This document shows, piece after piece, positions 1 to 12,431 of a stretch of 64,000 bases of DNA (position 1 is the stretch's first letter; each line of letters starts with the position of its first letter). The notes beneath the pieces were generated by a model. It ran no database searches. It saw only the letters and a program-made list of their open reading frames with translations, and was not told the DNA's origin. Source of the stretch: Pristiophorus japonicus (lineage: Eukaryota); the NCBI RefSeq assembly GCF_044704955.1, contig NC_091982.1:229462001-229526000 (forward strand). The letters run 5' to 3'. A program made the position numbers and the translations under genes.

Positions 1-190
1 TGATGCCAGTTCATTGGTTATATTCAAGAGGGAATTAGATATGGCCCTTATGGCTAAAGGGATCAAGGGGTACGGAGAGAAAGCAGGAAAGGAGTACTGA
101 GGGAATGGTCAGCCATGATCTTATTGAATGGTGATGCAAGCTCGAAGGGCCGAATGGCCTACTCCTGCACCTATTTTTTCTATGTTTCTA
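1..190 (+). mobile_element. CR1-type LINE 3' end (truncated by window edge)
   Basis: Closely matches the 3' tail of the CR1 copy at ~56955-57148, ending ...ggccgaatggcctactcctgcacctattttctatgtttcta. Confidence 0.85.
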
Positions 191-344
191 AGTCAATGGA
201 AAGTAAAATCGAGCGGCGAGCAGTCAATCCCAGCAGTTTCCCGTCAGGCAGGTTAGGTTAAGGTTACTCTCAATGCTGCTACACATGACAGCGAGAGCAA
301 TTCTGTCCCCTATACCTATACTAGTTATCACCGCAAACAGCAGC

Positions 345-730
345 AGCATCATCATCATTGGCAGTCCCTCAAAATCGAGGAAGACTTGCTTCTACTCAGG
401 TGACTGTAGAGTCCAAAACGGGAATTACAGTCTCTGTCATAGGTGGGACAGACAGGAAAGGGTGGGTGATGAGTCTGGTTCTCCGCATGCTCCTTCCACT
501 GCCTGCATTTGTTTTCTGCATGCTCTCGGTGACAAGACTCGAGATGCTCAGTGCCCTCCCGGATGCTCTTCCTCCACTTAGGGCGGTCTTTGGCCAGAGA
601 CTCCCAGGTGTTGGTGGGGATGTTGCATTTTATTAGGGAGGCTTTGAGGGTGTCCTTGAAACATTTCCTCTTCCCACCTGGGTCTCGCTTGCCATGTAGG
701 AGTTCCGAGTAGAGTGCTTGCTTTGGGAGC
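345..730 (-). mobile_element. RTE (BovB-like) LINE 3' fragment
   Basis: Minus ORF LPKQALYSELLHGKR...KDTLKASL...WESLAKDRPKWRK...CPTYDRDCNSRFGLYSH is an RTE C-terminus; (CAT)n tail at ~347; same family at 5878, 7096 and 41930. Confidence 0.85.
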
Positions 731-731
731 A

Positions 732-790
732 CTGCCCCCCGGTCATCAAAGTCCACGATGCGGCCTTGGACAACATGGACCATTTTCCGC
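732..790 (+). mobile_element. Inverted upstream piece of the same RTE LINE (5' inversion)
   Basis: Plus frame reads PPVIKVHDAALDNMDHFP, resembling the RTE segment just before the YLG motif, in opposite orientation and abutting the minus-strand fragment. Confidence 0.55.
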
Positions 791-3700
791 AAACAGCAAG
801 ACTGATGGTGGTCCACGGAACATTTGCTCACCCAGGTCTATACTTAGTCCTATAACTTTCAATCTCATTCTTAATGAGTTGCCTGTCTAGCTGCTCTTTA
901 AAAGAATGTTGATACATGCTTGTCTATTTTTCATCGAAGAATTTCAATGACATTTTTAAAAATAACATTATTTCTTTGGAATCGGAGCACTTAATTTGCC
1001 TTATTCAGTAGCTATATGAAATATAACAGTCCAAAATAAAACACAAAGGTGAGCAGACAGAATGGCTGAGGAACAGTCAGGGAGTGATTCATTTTCTTCC
1101 TGTCTGATGAAAATCTGTAATGAGAAGAGCAAATGAGGGCAGTAGTGGCCAAGGTGAGAAAATTGTAGGCCGATATACTGAAACCTAAGATAACACAGAG
1201 CTGATGACAGACAATTGGCAAGGCAATCAGAAACTTGCACTCTATGATCAAAGAAAGTAATAACTTTTACCTGAATGCAAAGGACGAACCAATTGATGGC
1301 TGTAGTCAGGCAGCTCACCACTTTATTTGAACAGAATGTACAAATGAAATGGAAACATTTGACAAGATATCTGAAGAAGACGAGATAGGCATTTGTGCAA
1401 GCTTTAGAAAGAAAAGGTAACTTTCCGGGTGAATATTTGAAATGTAAAGTACTGCATGCTTGAGTAATTCTCGGAATTTTTTGTTACCTTTATTTTGTGA
1501 GAAATTGGTATTTGAGGGTTCTGTACAACACATTTGAATTCCATTTTGGTGATGAGGAAATTAAGTAGGTGCATTCATGCAGTGTTGAGTGTTAAGCTAA
1601 TCAAGGGTATCTCTGCACAACAGGTCCATTGCAAAGCATTAATATGAGCCTATTTGATTGAGTTTCCAGGCAATTGGAATTTTTTAAAATGAAACAAAAC
1701 AATGAACTGCCTGAAGGGTATGGACTGGGATATATGGCTGGAGGAGGTTGCAGTGCTAGGGTGGGGCGAGGCCATGGAGGAGTTTGAGAGTGAGATAAGA
1801 GGTCAGCAAGGGTGTCAGCAAGAGGGACAGATGTAAGCTGCAGAATATTGGGTAATTTTGACAGATTTTTGACAGAGTTAACAATAAGTTATGAAACTCA
1901 AGCAATGCATACTTAGAATAATCACAATAAGTATGATGGATGAAGAGGTGCTTGCCCTTACAAGTTACCAGGCACTAATTATGATGATCTGAAAATTCCA
2001 GAATATGATGCAGGAAAACAGGAAGTCTGCTTTACAGGTGATCTTCATTGTGGAGGAGGCCATGGCCAGGAAAGACACAAGACCCCATCCTCCTACATAA
2101 CAAATTAGGAGCAACCATAGGAGGAGATGAGCTGGTCAGCTGAACACAAGCATCACAAATAGAAAGGACCCATAAAAGATTAAATGACATCAAGAAAACC
2201 ACCATGGGATTATTCCCTCCTTTTTTGGGGATTTATGCTAGTTGAACCAATGGATGGCTTAACTGCAATCCAACATGATGACCTGTGTTATCTGACCTGG
2301 TGGCTGCAATGCAATTTTAATCAACTCCTCGACTTAGGCAATGGGAAGTACTCTGACTCTGGATATGTGTTACATAGGATCAACCCTAAAGCAGCTATAT
2401 GGTCAGACGTGATTATTTTCGATGAAAGACTAAAGTCAACCACCTTGAACACTTTGGCAGATATTAGAGACAAATCGTAGTTCACTATGAGAGAAGGAGT
2501 TACATTGTCAGATAGATTGATGGCTGTCAGAAACACTTAAAATTGTATGCATGACTTGCGGAAGGTAGATTTTACTTTCTATTGCAGTTCCAGCAATTAG
2601 AGCTGCTGTAGTAACAACATGGTGCTGATGATGATGGATTCAATTTCAGTTTTGTTAATAAATTAATTCAGAGAGCCCACATAAGGAATGAAAATAGTAC
2701 CAAGTAAATCATTAATGGTTAATGCTATATCACCGATGGAACAATATAGTACATGATATAAAATGAGGGGGAAAAAAATCACACAGAACAAATGTCATGA
2801 AAAAAAATCAAAGAAAAAGAAACTATGAGAAATAACAAGCTGGTGATGTAGAGTCCAGAGCAGGACTGAGACTGAGACTACATTTCACACACGATGTTTA
2901 CAGCTAGCAGAGAGAGGGAGAGAGAGGACCTTTGTAGTTGGCAGAGAGGAGCACGAGACTTTCATCCCTTCAATCTACCTGGATAACAGATCTTTCAGCC
3001 AGCATGTTACTACACTTCAGAATTCTGTTCCTTCTGGCTATCTCTCTCAAAAACTTTCCTCAAAACCTACCTTTTTCACTTCTAGGTACTGACCTTAAAG
3101 GGGCAAAGGTACTAAGTAATAGTAGTAGAAACAATGACAAAAACAATATTATTAACATATTACGAAGTAACTAACATATAAATCTGGAAATTACCATGTG
3201 TGATATTAGCACATGAATGCATAATGCATTCCTATGAAATTATTGTGTCTGCTATAAGAGAGGTTGTAACTTAACTTTCAACTTTAGTTAAAATTACATC
3301 AAAGTAATATTCTACAACACATTAAGCATTAGTATACCAATAACACATGCTGTAATTTGTTTTCCACATAATGAAAGGTTCCAGTGTGCTTTATAGGGGG
3401 TGAGCAACCTATTCAGGAAGAGCAAGAGAAAATAGGGAAGGTGGATGAAAGCATAATCATACAGTTGGATTTTTAGGAGGCTTTAGAAGAAACCATGGGG
3501 TTTAAGAAAGAAATTCTGGAGTGCCGGGGCACGATGCCATTGCTGATGGACTGATGGAAAGAGGAACGATGGATGAGAGTCGGAAGAGCGGAGGTGGTAG
3601 ATGCTGCTACATTGGGTTCGATAAAATTGAGTACATGAGGACTTGGAGAGATTTGAACAAGGCTGATATTGTCATTGTAGGACTCTTTAGAAAACCAAAG

Positions 3701-4094
3701 AGTAAATCCATGTAAATTATCTGGAATAAGGTATTGTATATTCGCAGAGAGCCCAAAAATCTGCAGCTTCTCCAGCATGTAACTTTGGCTGGAGTATACT
3801 GGAACAACTGGACACTAGGTCAGAACTTAATTGCATTAGGTCTCAACTAACAGCAAAGTATGGATTTTTGGGGGCAGAGACTTCGCTTACCCAATGCAAG
3901 GCCATTGTTATGGGTGGGGGGAGCGGTGCGGTGGAGGCTGAGGACAGGGACTCCCTATGAAGGGGAATCCGGCAGGTCGATGTAAGTTCACTTCATCAGA
4001 CATGCCTCCGAGCCCACCGCCAATTGTGGAGACCATCTGGTGTGCCAGGTTGGGATCAGGGAGTGGATCACTGAAGGTTTTGGCCACATATCAT

Positions 4095-4783
4095 GGACGA
4101 AATTGCCCCTTCCGATAAGGCCTCTGGACACGTAAAAGTGGCGGCCACATGGCAGCGCGGAATGGCCGCCGACTCTCTGTGGAGAGGCCGGCATTTTAAA
4201 CATTGCGCTTTCTCAGGGTCGGAGCGGTGTAGGGGACCGCTCCGCCCATTTTCCCGCCGCGGCATGCACGCGCCAACCCCATACCAACCGGCGTGCGGAC
4301 TCTTCCCCAAATTGCCTCACGAGAAATATCCCTTTTGCGGTTGCGGCGCGGTCACTGGTCGGTATCCCTGACAGCATTGTTTGTCGGTCCACTTCTTGTT
4401 GGTTGGCAGTGCGGCCACCCTTAAAGGGGAGGTGGCGCTGCCGGTGACTACATTTTATTTTTTATTGTCGGCCATTTGCCAGGCCGGTCTGACAATTATG
4501 CCCCCAGGTTTGGCTGTGCCGCCAACAGGCAGCTTTGCACCCCCTCTTGGGTGCCAGGCTGCTGGTCCGGTCGAAACCCTCCTTGGTGGTCCAGTGAACC
4601 TGTGTGAAAAATATGCAGAGCTCACAGCGGCCCTCCCCTTTAACTGAAGGGGAGGGGAGGGTCATTGTTACGCCGCCATGACATCCGCCCCGACCGAAAA
4701 AAAACTTCAAAGTGCCAAATATTGACAGCATCTCTGCCGAGATAAACTTGTAAATATGGAGTGGCGGTGGGCAATTTCGGCCC
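4095..4783. mobile_element. PIF/Harbinger-type MITE
   Basis: TIRs ggacgaaattgccc (4095) / gggcaatttcggccc (ends 4783); CAT on both flanks (3-bp TSD); GC-rich non-coding interior. Confidence 0.7.
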
Positions 4784-5315
4784 CATCTTCTTTTACATTG
4801 TTAAAGTAGCCCCTATTGTAAGGGAGCCACAGACATTCTTCTGGGTGGAGGGCGGGGCCTGCCAACCCTGGCCCAGCACTCTTTCACGGGACTCTGCCAA
4901 CATATGCCACCAAATGAGCTCCCAGTAGGGTGAGTGCCCACCATTGCCATGTTATTTCCGAGATCTCCCCCTGACCCCACAAATGTTGGCAGGATCAGTA
5001 TCAGAGGTCTAGGGTGGGTATATTGCGGCACTTATGTATGATGCCTACTCTGTGGATATTCAGAGCCCGTGTTTTCATGTATTTTTTCAATGGTTGATGG
5101 CACGATCAATGACATGCACAGGAGTGTTATATTTCTGTAAAACACAGTGTGTTCTCTGTATTCAGTAAAAAATCGTCTCTTCCTAACAGCTAACTTCATT
5201 CAACAACGTTCAGAGACAAAACTTAAACAACAATGCTTTGAAAAGGAGAAATAATTGGAAAGTGGTGTTTTAAAAAAAAAGATGGTTACAGTTACAGGTA
5301 TGTTCAAAGCTCAAC

Positions 5316-5831
5316 ACAGAGAAATTGGCCAGCCTTGCGCATGTTTTTTTTGGCGATATTTTGCCTTTTTTGCCGGTAAAAGATACTCACCTAAATTGGG
5401 CAAAGTTTACGAATGGCGGTTTTGAAATATCACTGAAATGCGGATTGACTACGTGCAATGCCAAAAAAACCGCACTGCTTAAAATTAACGGTGAAAAAAA
5501 GCACCTGAAAAAAGGCTGTGTTTGAAGCCGCAGAAACAATGGTAGGTATGAAGACCGACAGAAAAGGTAAGTTGAAGTTTTTATTTTTAAATTCTTTTTT
5601 GTGTGTTTTTTCCCCTCCCAGGGCCTGTGTTTTTAGCAGCGATAGGCCTCAGCTAAATTTGGCGAGGACCGCAGTTTCCATCACGAATCCTCCTGCAATG
5701 CAGATTTTTACCATCGGGCGCATTTTTTTGCCAATTTTACCCCCTTAAAAAATGGTGATTTTTTAGTGGTATTTTTGCCCTAAAATAATGGGGAAAAAAC
5801 TGATATCACCAAATAATGAATTTCTAGCCCC
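5316..5831. mobile_element. Degenerate Harbinger-type MITE
   Basis: Right end aatttctagcccc resembles the other MITE TIRs in the window; left end is eroded. Confidence 0.4.
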
Positions 5832-5877
5832 GAGTCTTTAGTGTCGTTTGAAAGCCCTTGAGCATGTACCAGCTGTG

Positions 5878-6275
5878 TCATCATCAAAGGCAGTCCCTTG
5901 GAATCGAAGAAGAGTTGCTTCCACTCTTAAAGTGAGTTCTTAGGTGGCTGAGTAGTCCAAAAGGAGAACCACAGTTCCTGTCACAGGTGGGACAAATAGT
6001 CATTGAGGGAAAGGGTGGGTGGGACTGGTTTGCCACACGCTCTTTCCGCTGCCTGCACTTGATTTCTGCATGCTCTCGGCGATGAGACTTGAGGTGCTCA
6101 GCGCCCTCCCGGATGCGCTTCCTCCACTTAGGGCAGTCTTTGGCCAGGGGCTCTCAGGTGTCAGTGGGGATGTTGCACTTCATCAGGGAGGCTTTGAGGG
6201 AGTCCTTGTAACGTTTCCACTGCCCACCTTTGGCTCGTTTGCCGTGAAGGAGTTCTAAGTAGAGCACTTGCTTCG
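5878..6275 (-). mobile_element. RTE LINE 3' fragment
   Basis: tcatcatcaaaggcagtccc tail and sequence collinear with 345-730. Confidence 0.85.
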
Positions 6276-7095
6276 CGTACGAAAGCATGGGCCTTACGCT
6301 GAATCATTCCCAAACATAGTCTTTGTGACGTTGACTGAAATAGCATTATTTTTCACACTTGTCCATTTCTGGATGACCACAATCTGCTCTCTGTTAGTGA
6401 CTATAGCTGCAAATGCTTACAGGTGATCAGATATATGGTAGATTATCGCCTAGTATTAGAGACAGCACAAAAGAGGCTATGAATTTTAAAATTAAATCAT
6501 ACCATTTCTATTAAGACTACAATGCAAAATAAAATCCATTATAACAATTAATAATTTCAAACTTGAATTAAGCCCTAATTGTTATTGATATCCAATATGG
6601 CTACAGTCACCATTTGCAAAGTCTATATTCAAAATACAATTATAATTTTCTGCTTCTCCCCATCCAAAGTTCAAGGCTTCTAAACACTACAAATGGAAAA
6701 GATCTTTGCAGTCATGTTACCAGAGTTGAAGCTGTTGCTATGCAGTTTCTTCTGTTGCTATGTGAAACTACATATAGAACCCAGCACTCAAAGTACTTGA
6801 CAGTGATTCCAATAGTGTGGAATTAGACTTTGAAATCGCAACGGAAATCTCTTCAGAACTGTCAGATTTGTTTGCAGGAAAAGCTTATTCTGTCACAGAA
6901 GATAAAAATATTCATTAAAAGAAAAATGTCTATGATCTGCTAAATTTTCAGCAAAATTTGTTCCCTTGGCCCTCCCTTTTCAAATGAGCAACTTCCCCCC
7001 ACCATCCCCCCAGACGTATAGAGTAGAACTGGCCATGCCCGAATGCTTAATTGCGAATTGTTAACACCTAAACTAGTGCACACAGAACTGTACTA

Positions 7096-7780
7096 CATCA
7101 TCATCATCATAAGCAGTCCCTCTGAATCGAGGAAGACTTGCTTCCATTCTTAGCATGAGTTCTTAGGTGGCTGTACAGTCCAATACGAGAACCACAGTCT
7201 CTGTCACAGGTGGGACAGACAGTGGTTGAGGGGAAGGGTGGGCAGGGAGCCTGGTTTGCCGCACGCTCTTTCCGCTGCCTGTGCTTGATTTCTGCATGCT
7301 CTCGGTGACGATACTTGAGGAGCTCAGTGCCCTCCCGAATGCACTTCCTCCACTTCGGGCGGTCTATGGCCAGGGACTCCCAGCTGTCAGTGGGGATGTC
7401 GCACTTTATCAGGGAGGCTTTGAGGGTGTCCTTGTAACGTTTTCTCTGCCCACCTTTTGCTCGTTTGCCGTGGATGAGTTCCGAGTAGAACGCTTGCTTT
7501 GGGAGTCTTGTATCTGGCATGTGAACGATGTGGCCTGCCTAGTGGAGCTGATCAAGTGTGGTCAGTGCTTCAATGCTGGGGGTGTTTGCCTGGATGAGGA
7601 CACTAATGTTTGTGCATCTATACTCCCAGGGGATATGCAGGATCTTGCAGAGACATTGCTGGTGGTATTTCTCCAGCGACTTGAGGTGTCTGCTGTATAT
7701 GGTCCACGTCTCTGAGCCATACAGAAGGGCGGGTATTACTATGGCTCTGTAGTCCATGAGCTTGGTGACAGTCTTGAGGG
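7096..7780 (-). mobile_element. RTE LINE 3' fragment
   Basis: ORFs YRAIVIPALLYGSETW...YHQQCLCKILHIPW and MPDTRLPKQAFYSEL...CPTCDRDCGSRIGLYSH; (CAT)n tail. Confidence 0.9.
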
Positions 7781-7850
7781 ACGTTAATGGTTTACACATG
7801 AACTTTGGATTTGGAAGTTCTACCCTCGGATTTGGCAACCACACTGTGTA

Positions 7851-8680
7851 GAATAAAAACAGAAAATACTGGAAATGCTCAGCAGGTCCGGCAGCATCTG
7901 TGAAGAGAGAAACAGAGTTAATGGGCCGAAAATTCCGGTGTGAGGCCAAACGCCCCTGACCCCACAAAAATCTATGAAAATACCTGGTGGTCCCGGAGGA
8001 ACGTAGGATTCTGGTCGGATGTCTTCATTCGCTGCACAGTGCGCATGGACATGTCTTCCACGTACGGACGTATATGCTGGAATCACATGGGCCTGGACCA
8101 CCAATCACTATCTAGCATTCTCATTAATAATAATGGGAACTCTGTTTGTACGAACTCCCATTCCTATCAATGAGAATAACCCCCAAAAACAAGAAACACA
8201 ACACAATAAATTAAAAAAAACACCTCACATATTTAAAATTAATTGAAATTGAATGTAATTAAATGTTATAGAATTTTTTTTTAATATGTTTTAATAGGGT
8301 TAAAAATAAACTTACCTTAATGTACAGTGTTTTTAAATATAAAACTGAGTGATTAAATTTAATTTTTCTATGTTTTAAAACTCTTATGCTGGTAAAAGTA
8401 AACTATACGCCTGTTTTTACCAGGCATAAGAGTTTGAAGGTAATTTGCTGGGCAAACAGCCCAATTTCTGGCCCACAGATGACCTTCCTGCGGGGATGCG
8501 TAGGATCTGCCTAAAGAAATTTTGACAGATCGGAAAAGCCAGTTCTCAGCGCATGCGCATCGTGTCCTGAGAACTGGCTTTTCCCAGGCCTTGTTGGGTC
8601 CGTACGCACTTTGTACGCACCCGGCAAGGCTGCAATTTTTGGCTCAACGTTTAAGGTCGATGACCTTTCATCAAAACAGT
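7851..8680 (-). repeat. Penelope-type terminal-repeat fragment with decayed hammerhead core, split by a MITE
   Basis: 7851-7922 plus 8646-8680 rejoin to give the same sequence as 21001-21101. Confidence 0.65.
7923..8645. mobile_element. Harbinger-type MITE
   Basis: TIRs gggccgaaaatt / aatttttggctc; flanks AAT/AAC; same family as 27392-28118 in opposite orientation. Confidence 0.75.
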
Positions 8681-9099
8681 TTACCTAGATCTAGTTGCGC
8701 ACATATTTTTCAATGTACATGCTGAACTAAACGAGGATGTGAAAATTCCACTCTGTCTATTCTTAGAACACACCGATTTAACATGTTCAGATTAAATTCC
8801 TGTGTGTTCCATGTTGACAAACTCCTTACCCCATTTAAAATGAACAAGTTCACTGAAATAGTTCACACAGGAATGTGGCACAAATGTGCTCACCAGAGTG
8901 TTAAAAATACTGTGCTGTGGAATTTCAATCTCCTAACTCTTGAGATGTTAATGTTTAACCCCCAAGGCAACATGGGGTGAAGTTCAACTTTTGCTGAGGC
9001 GCAAAAATGGGTGGTATGGGATCGGCCGCTCATTATACTTCAATAGAAAGGAAAATTGAACCGAGAGGTGGGGGGAGGTGGTATAAGGGGCAGCCGATC

Positions 9100-10050
9100 C
9101 ATCATAAGGTCAGAGTGGGGATGTTCGCTGATGACTGCACTGATGATTGCACACTGTTCAGTGCCATTCGCAACTCCTCAGATAATGGAGCAGTCCATGC
9201 CCGCATGCAGCAAGACCTAGACGGCATTCAGTCTTGGGCTGATAAGTGGCAAGTAATATTCGTGGCACACAAGTGGCAGGCGATGACTATCTCCAACAAG
9301 AGAGAGAGAGAGAGAGAGAGTCTAACCACCGCCCCTTGACATTCAATGGCATTACCATCGCCGATTGCCCCACCATCAACAACCTGGGGGTCACCATTGA
9401 CCAGAAACGTAACTGGACCAGCCACATAAATATTGTGGCTACAAGAGCAGGTCAGAGGCTGGGTATTCAGCAGAAAGTGTCTCACCTCCAGATTCCCCAA
9501 AATCTTTCCACCATTTACAAGGCACAAGTCAGGAGTGTGATCGAATGCTCTCCACTTGCCTGGATAAGTGCAGCTCCAACAACACTCAAGAAGCTCAACA
9601 ACATCCAGGACAAAGCAGCCCGCTTGATTGGCACCCCATCCACCACCTTCAACATTCACTCCCTCCACCACCGGCGCACCGTAACTGCAGTGTGCACCAT
9701 TTACAGGATGCACTGCAGCAACTCGCCAAGACTTCTTCGGCAGCACCTCCCAAACCCGTGACCTGTGCCACCTAGAAGGTCAAGGACAACAGGCCCATGG
9801 GAGCACCATCACCTGCAAGTTCCCCTCCAAGTCACACACCATCCTGACTTGGAAATATATCGTCATTCCTTCATCGTCGCTGGGTCAAAATCTTAGAGCT
9901 ACCTCTCTAACAGCACTGAGGGAGTACCTTCACCACAAGGAGAGCAGCAGTTCAATAAGGCGGCTTACCACCATCTTCTCAAGGGTAATCATGGATGGGC
10001 AATAAATGCCGGCTTTGCCAGCGATGCCCATATCCCAGGAACAAATTTTT
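9100..10050 (+). mobile_element. CR1-group LINE 3' fragment (RT C-terminus plus tail)
   Basis: MFADD...LFSAI...QQDLDGIQSWADKWQ, then LGVTIDQKRNW...IYKAQVRS...IQDKAARLI; (GA)n at ~9300-9320; tail gggcaataaatgccggctttgccagcg. Confidence 0.8.
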
Positions 10051-10689
10051 AAAATCTGCTGGTGCTTATTTTGTTCCCCTGCGAAGTTGAATTGTATCCC
10101 CACAGAAACCTTCACCCTTCTTCGCATTGTTCTGTGACACTGCTCATGGTAAATTGAATGACACACAGTTTCATTAGGACAGGAGCATTTAACCATATAT
10201 AACACAGAAGGCTAGACTTACCTCTTCTGGCACTGTTACTGTCAGAATGGCAAACTCAAATGGAGGTGGACAGATTACTCCCAATACTCTTAAGTTAGCT
10301 CATCAGAATAATTTTAGGAGTAGATTTCAATGCATCTAAAGACAAATCTAGCGATGGGAGATAAATCATTGTATGTAAGTCAAATTTAAAGAGATGGGGA
10401 TAATGCAATGGGAGAGTCACATCAGGGGCCAAAAATTCTGAAAAGCTCTGAGTGCAAGGAGGATTGCCTTCTCTGTTACTCTGAAAAGGTCACCACTGCA
10501 GCTTTCAGGAAGGTGCAGCCCAGTTTCAAGCCACTTTCACCGCATGCACCAACCCAATGCTAGATAGTAACAGCAGGAGGTGCAAGGTAAGTTGGTGTGA
10601 GTGAGGATGTGCTGGAGTAGGGTAGGGAAGGAAGAGTGATGGGGATGTGATGAGGTTGAGTGTGGCTTTGCAGTAACGTTTCGTGATCC

Positions 10690-10930
10690 ACTGAGATCAT
10701 TGAAAGGTTTGCGCCACTGCAGCCTGGTCCGCCTGACCACATCTCTGCTTGTGCCCTCCTATGTAATGTGCAACCAGGCTGCTTTAATCTCCTAGGGAGT
10801 TATCTTCTTCCCATTGGAAGGGAAGAGAACCTCCCTGCGTGTTGTGACTCCCTCCATAAGCATATGGAGGGAGAACCTGGGTGCAGCCGTGCCCCTCTCT
10901 GCAGTGCTTGTCGGTGTTTGCAGCAGCTCA
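10690..10930 (-). pseudogene. Harbinger Myb/SANT-like ORF relic
   Basis: Frames give AAPRFS...EGVTTRREVLFP and VRRTRLQWRKPFNDL, matching the Myb/SANT partner proteins of Harbinger transposons. Confidence 0.55.
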
Positions 10931-11293
10931 ATGCTGTAGAACACTGACAGCAGAACTGTCAAAATTAATGTGGACATGGTACCTTTAAGTAAACCGGCTG
11001 ATAACAAGTCATCAAATTACATAATCAGACCCGCTTCCTTTTAATTGACCGGGAACCTCATTGTGCAGGCTTAACAAGCCCAATCATCATGAAATCACGA
11101 CAATAGAGTGGACTGGAGCCAACAACAGGCTGGGACCATGCTACCAACCCCAGTATGTCAGGCATTCACATGTCTTTTGTGATATCATAAAGCCTGGTGT
11201 ACCAGCTTCCTTTGGAAAGAGGAACTGCCAACAGCATGAATCGCCTGTTAAAGTGAGGTATATCCACCTCTGTCTGTAGATGTGGGTGTACAG

Positions 11294-12092
11294 TGTGGAA
11301 ATGTATATTTAAAGTTGCATTACACTGTTTTTTTGTACCCTTTTTGCCATAAAACAAAATGGAGTTCCAGTCCTGCCAGAAACTTCTGCAGCAGACAGTC
11401 TGTTTGCATAAACATGCTAACCTTGACTGAAACTGCTGATAGCTGATTAATAGCCACCAGACAACATTAAGACTGTCCTGCTGAGATAAGTACCACCCAT
11501 TGTGCTCCCCTGTATTATCAATAGTCTGTCGCTATGCCAGACCTTAGAAGGGCTGGATAAAGGTTGTAAAAATGCAGCACCAATTCACCCCCTAAGAGAT
11601 AATCAAATTACCAGCCATTATCTCTTGTACAGAACTCATCCATAATATGCAAGAAGCCAAGTACCCAATCAACCACTCTGGAAATCATGGACCCAAATAA
11701 CTGGCCAGGAAACTGGACAATCCTAAAACAATGCAAAGCTGGTGATAGCACATTACCATACCCTAATCGAGTTATTGCTGACTGGCCCACCAAAAACACT
11801 GACAAAGGAGACATTTGAAAAAAATGTAAAGACAAGGATGTGTTAATTATTAACTGAGTGGAGAACTCTTTATTTGTTTTCGCTAACTGCAAAGGCAGAA
11901 CCAATACACAGGATGGAACCATAACTTGTTTGTTCTATTGTATAAATACATTGTGACACTGCACCATATTGGGAGTCTTCACTTAGCCTTTGACAGAGTG
12001 AGACTCTTCCTTGATGCAAGTAAAACTTATTAAAGGAACATCTGCCGGAGCTGATTGTGTTAGAGTTGATATTGAGAGTCGAGATTTTGACA
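11294..12092 (+). repeat. ERV 5' LTR
   Basis: tgtggaaatg...gattttgaca; CCAAT at 11901, TATAAATA at 11941, ATTAAA at 12029; about 35 differences from the 3' LTR by eye. Confidence 0.95.
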
Positions 12093-12101
12093 GTTACTTC
12101 T

Positions 12102-12119
12102 TGGAGGTTCCACCGAGAT
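12102..12119 (+). promoter_or_regulatory. Primer-binding site, tRNA-Gln
   Basis: TGGAGGTTCCACCGAGAT is complementary to the vertebrate tRNA-Gln 3' end (ATCTCGGTGGAACCT-CCA). Confidence 0.85.
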
Positions 12120-12194
12120 CACTTACTCTCTACTCTGTGAGTGAACAGATGCCGGCATAGTGCCTCTTCAGTGAAGGGCTTAAATGGCCAGAAT

Positions 12195-12203
12195 AAGGTG
12201 AGC
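12195..12203 (+). promoter_or_regulatory. Putative major splice donor of the ERV
   Basis: AAG|GTGAGC about 80 nt downstream of the PBS; candidate env acceptor with CACTAAC branch point (16998) and ctttcattcgcAG ending 17032. Confidence 0.55.
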
Positions 12204-12431
12204 CTTTTGCTCGCAAGAGGTCTCTTTACTGTTGAATCGCATATGTAATCTGTTGTCCATAGTGGAGGTACTGCGATCTACGAGACTCGACATTTAAGAG
12301 CTAAAGTTATTTTTGTAATCATTTCCTTCTCAGCTTGTAGACAGAAGGGATCTGATCCTGAAAATATCCAATCTTGAAACAGCCCGGGGAAATTTTCATT
12401 AGGAAAAGGTAAAAAGAGCGCTATCGATCGA

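Noticed and set aside
1335-1416. Possible + strand host exon (acag|...CTNEMETFDKISEEDEIGICASFRKK|gtaact); an overlapping minus-strand exon is also possible
   Set aside because: Weak polypyrimidine tract, no recognisable protein and no partner exons; cannot be supported without RNA or homology data.
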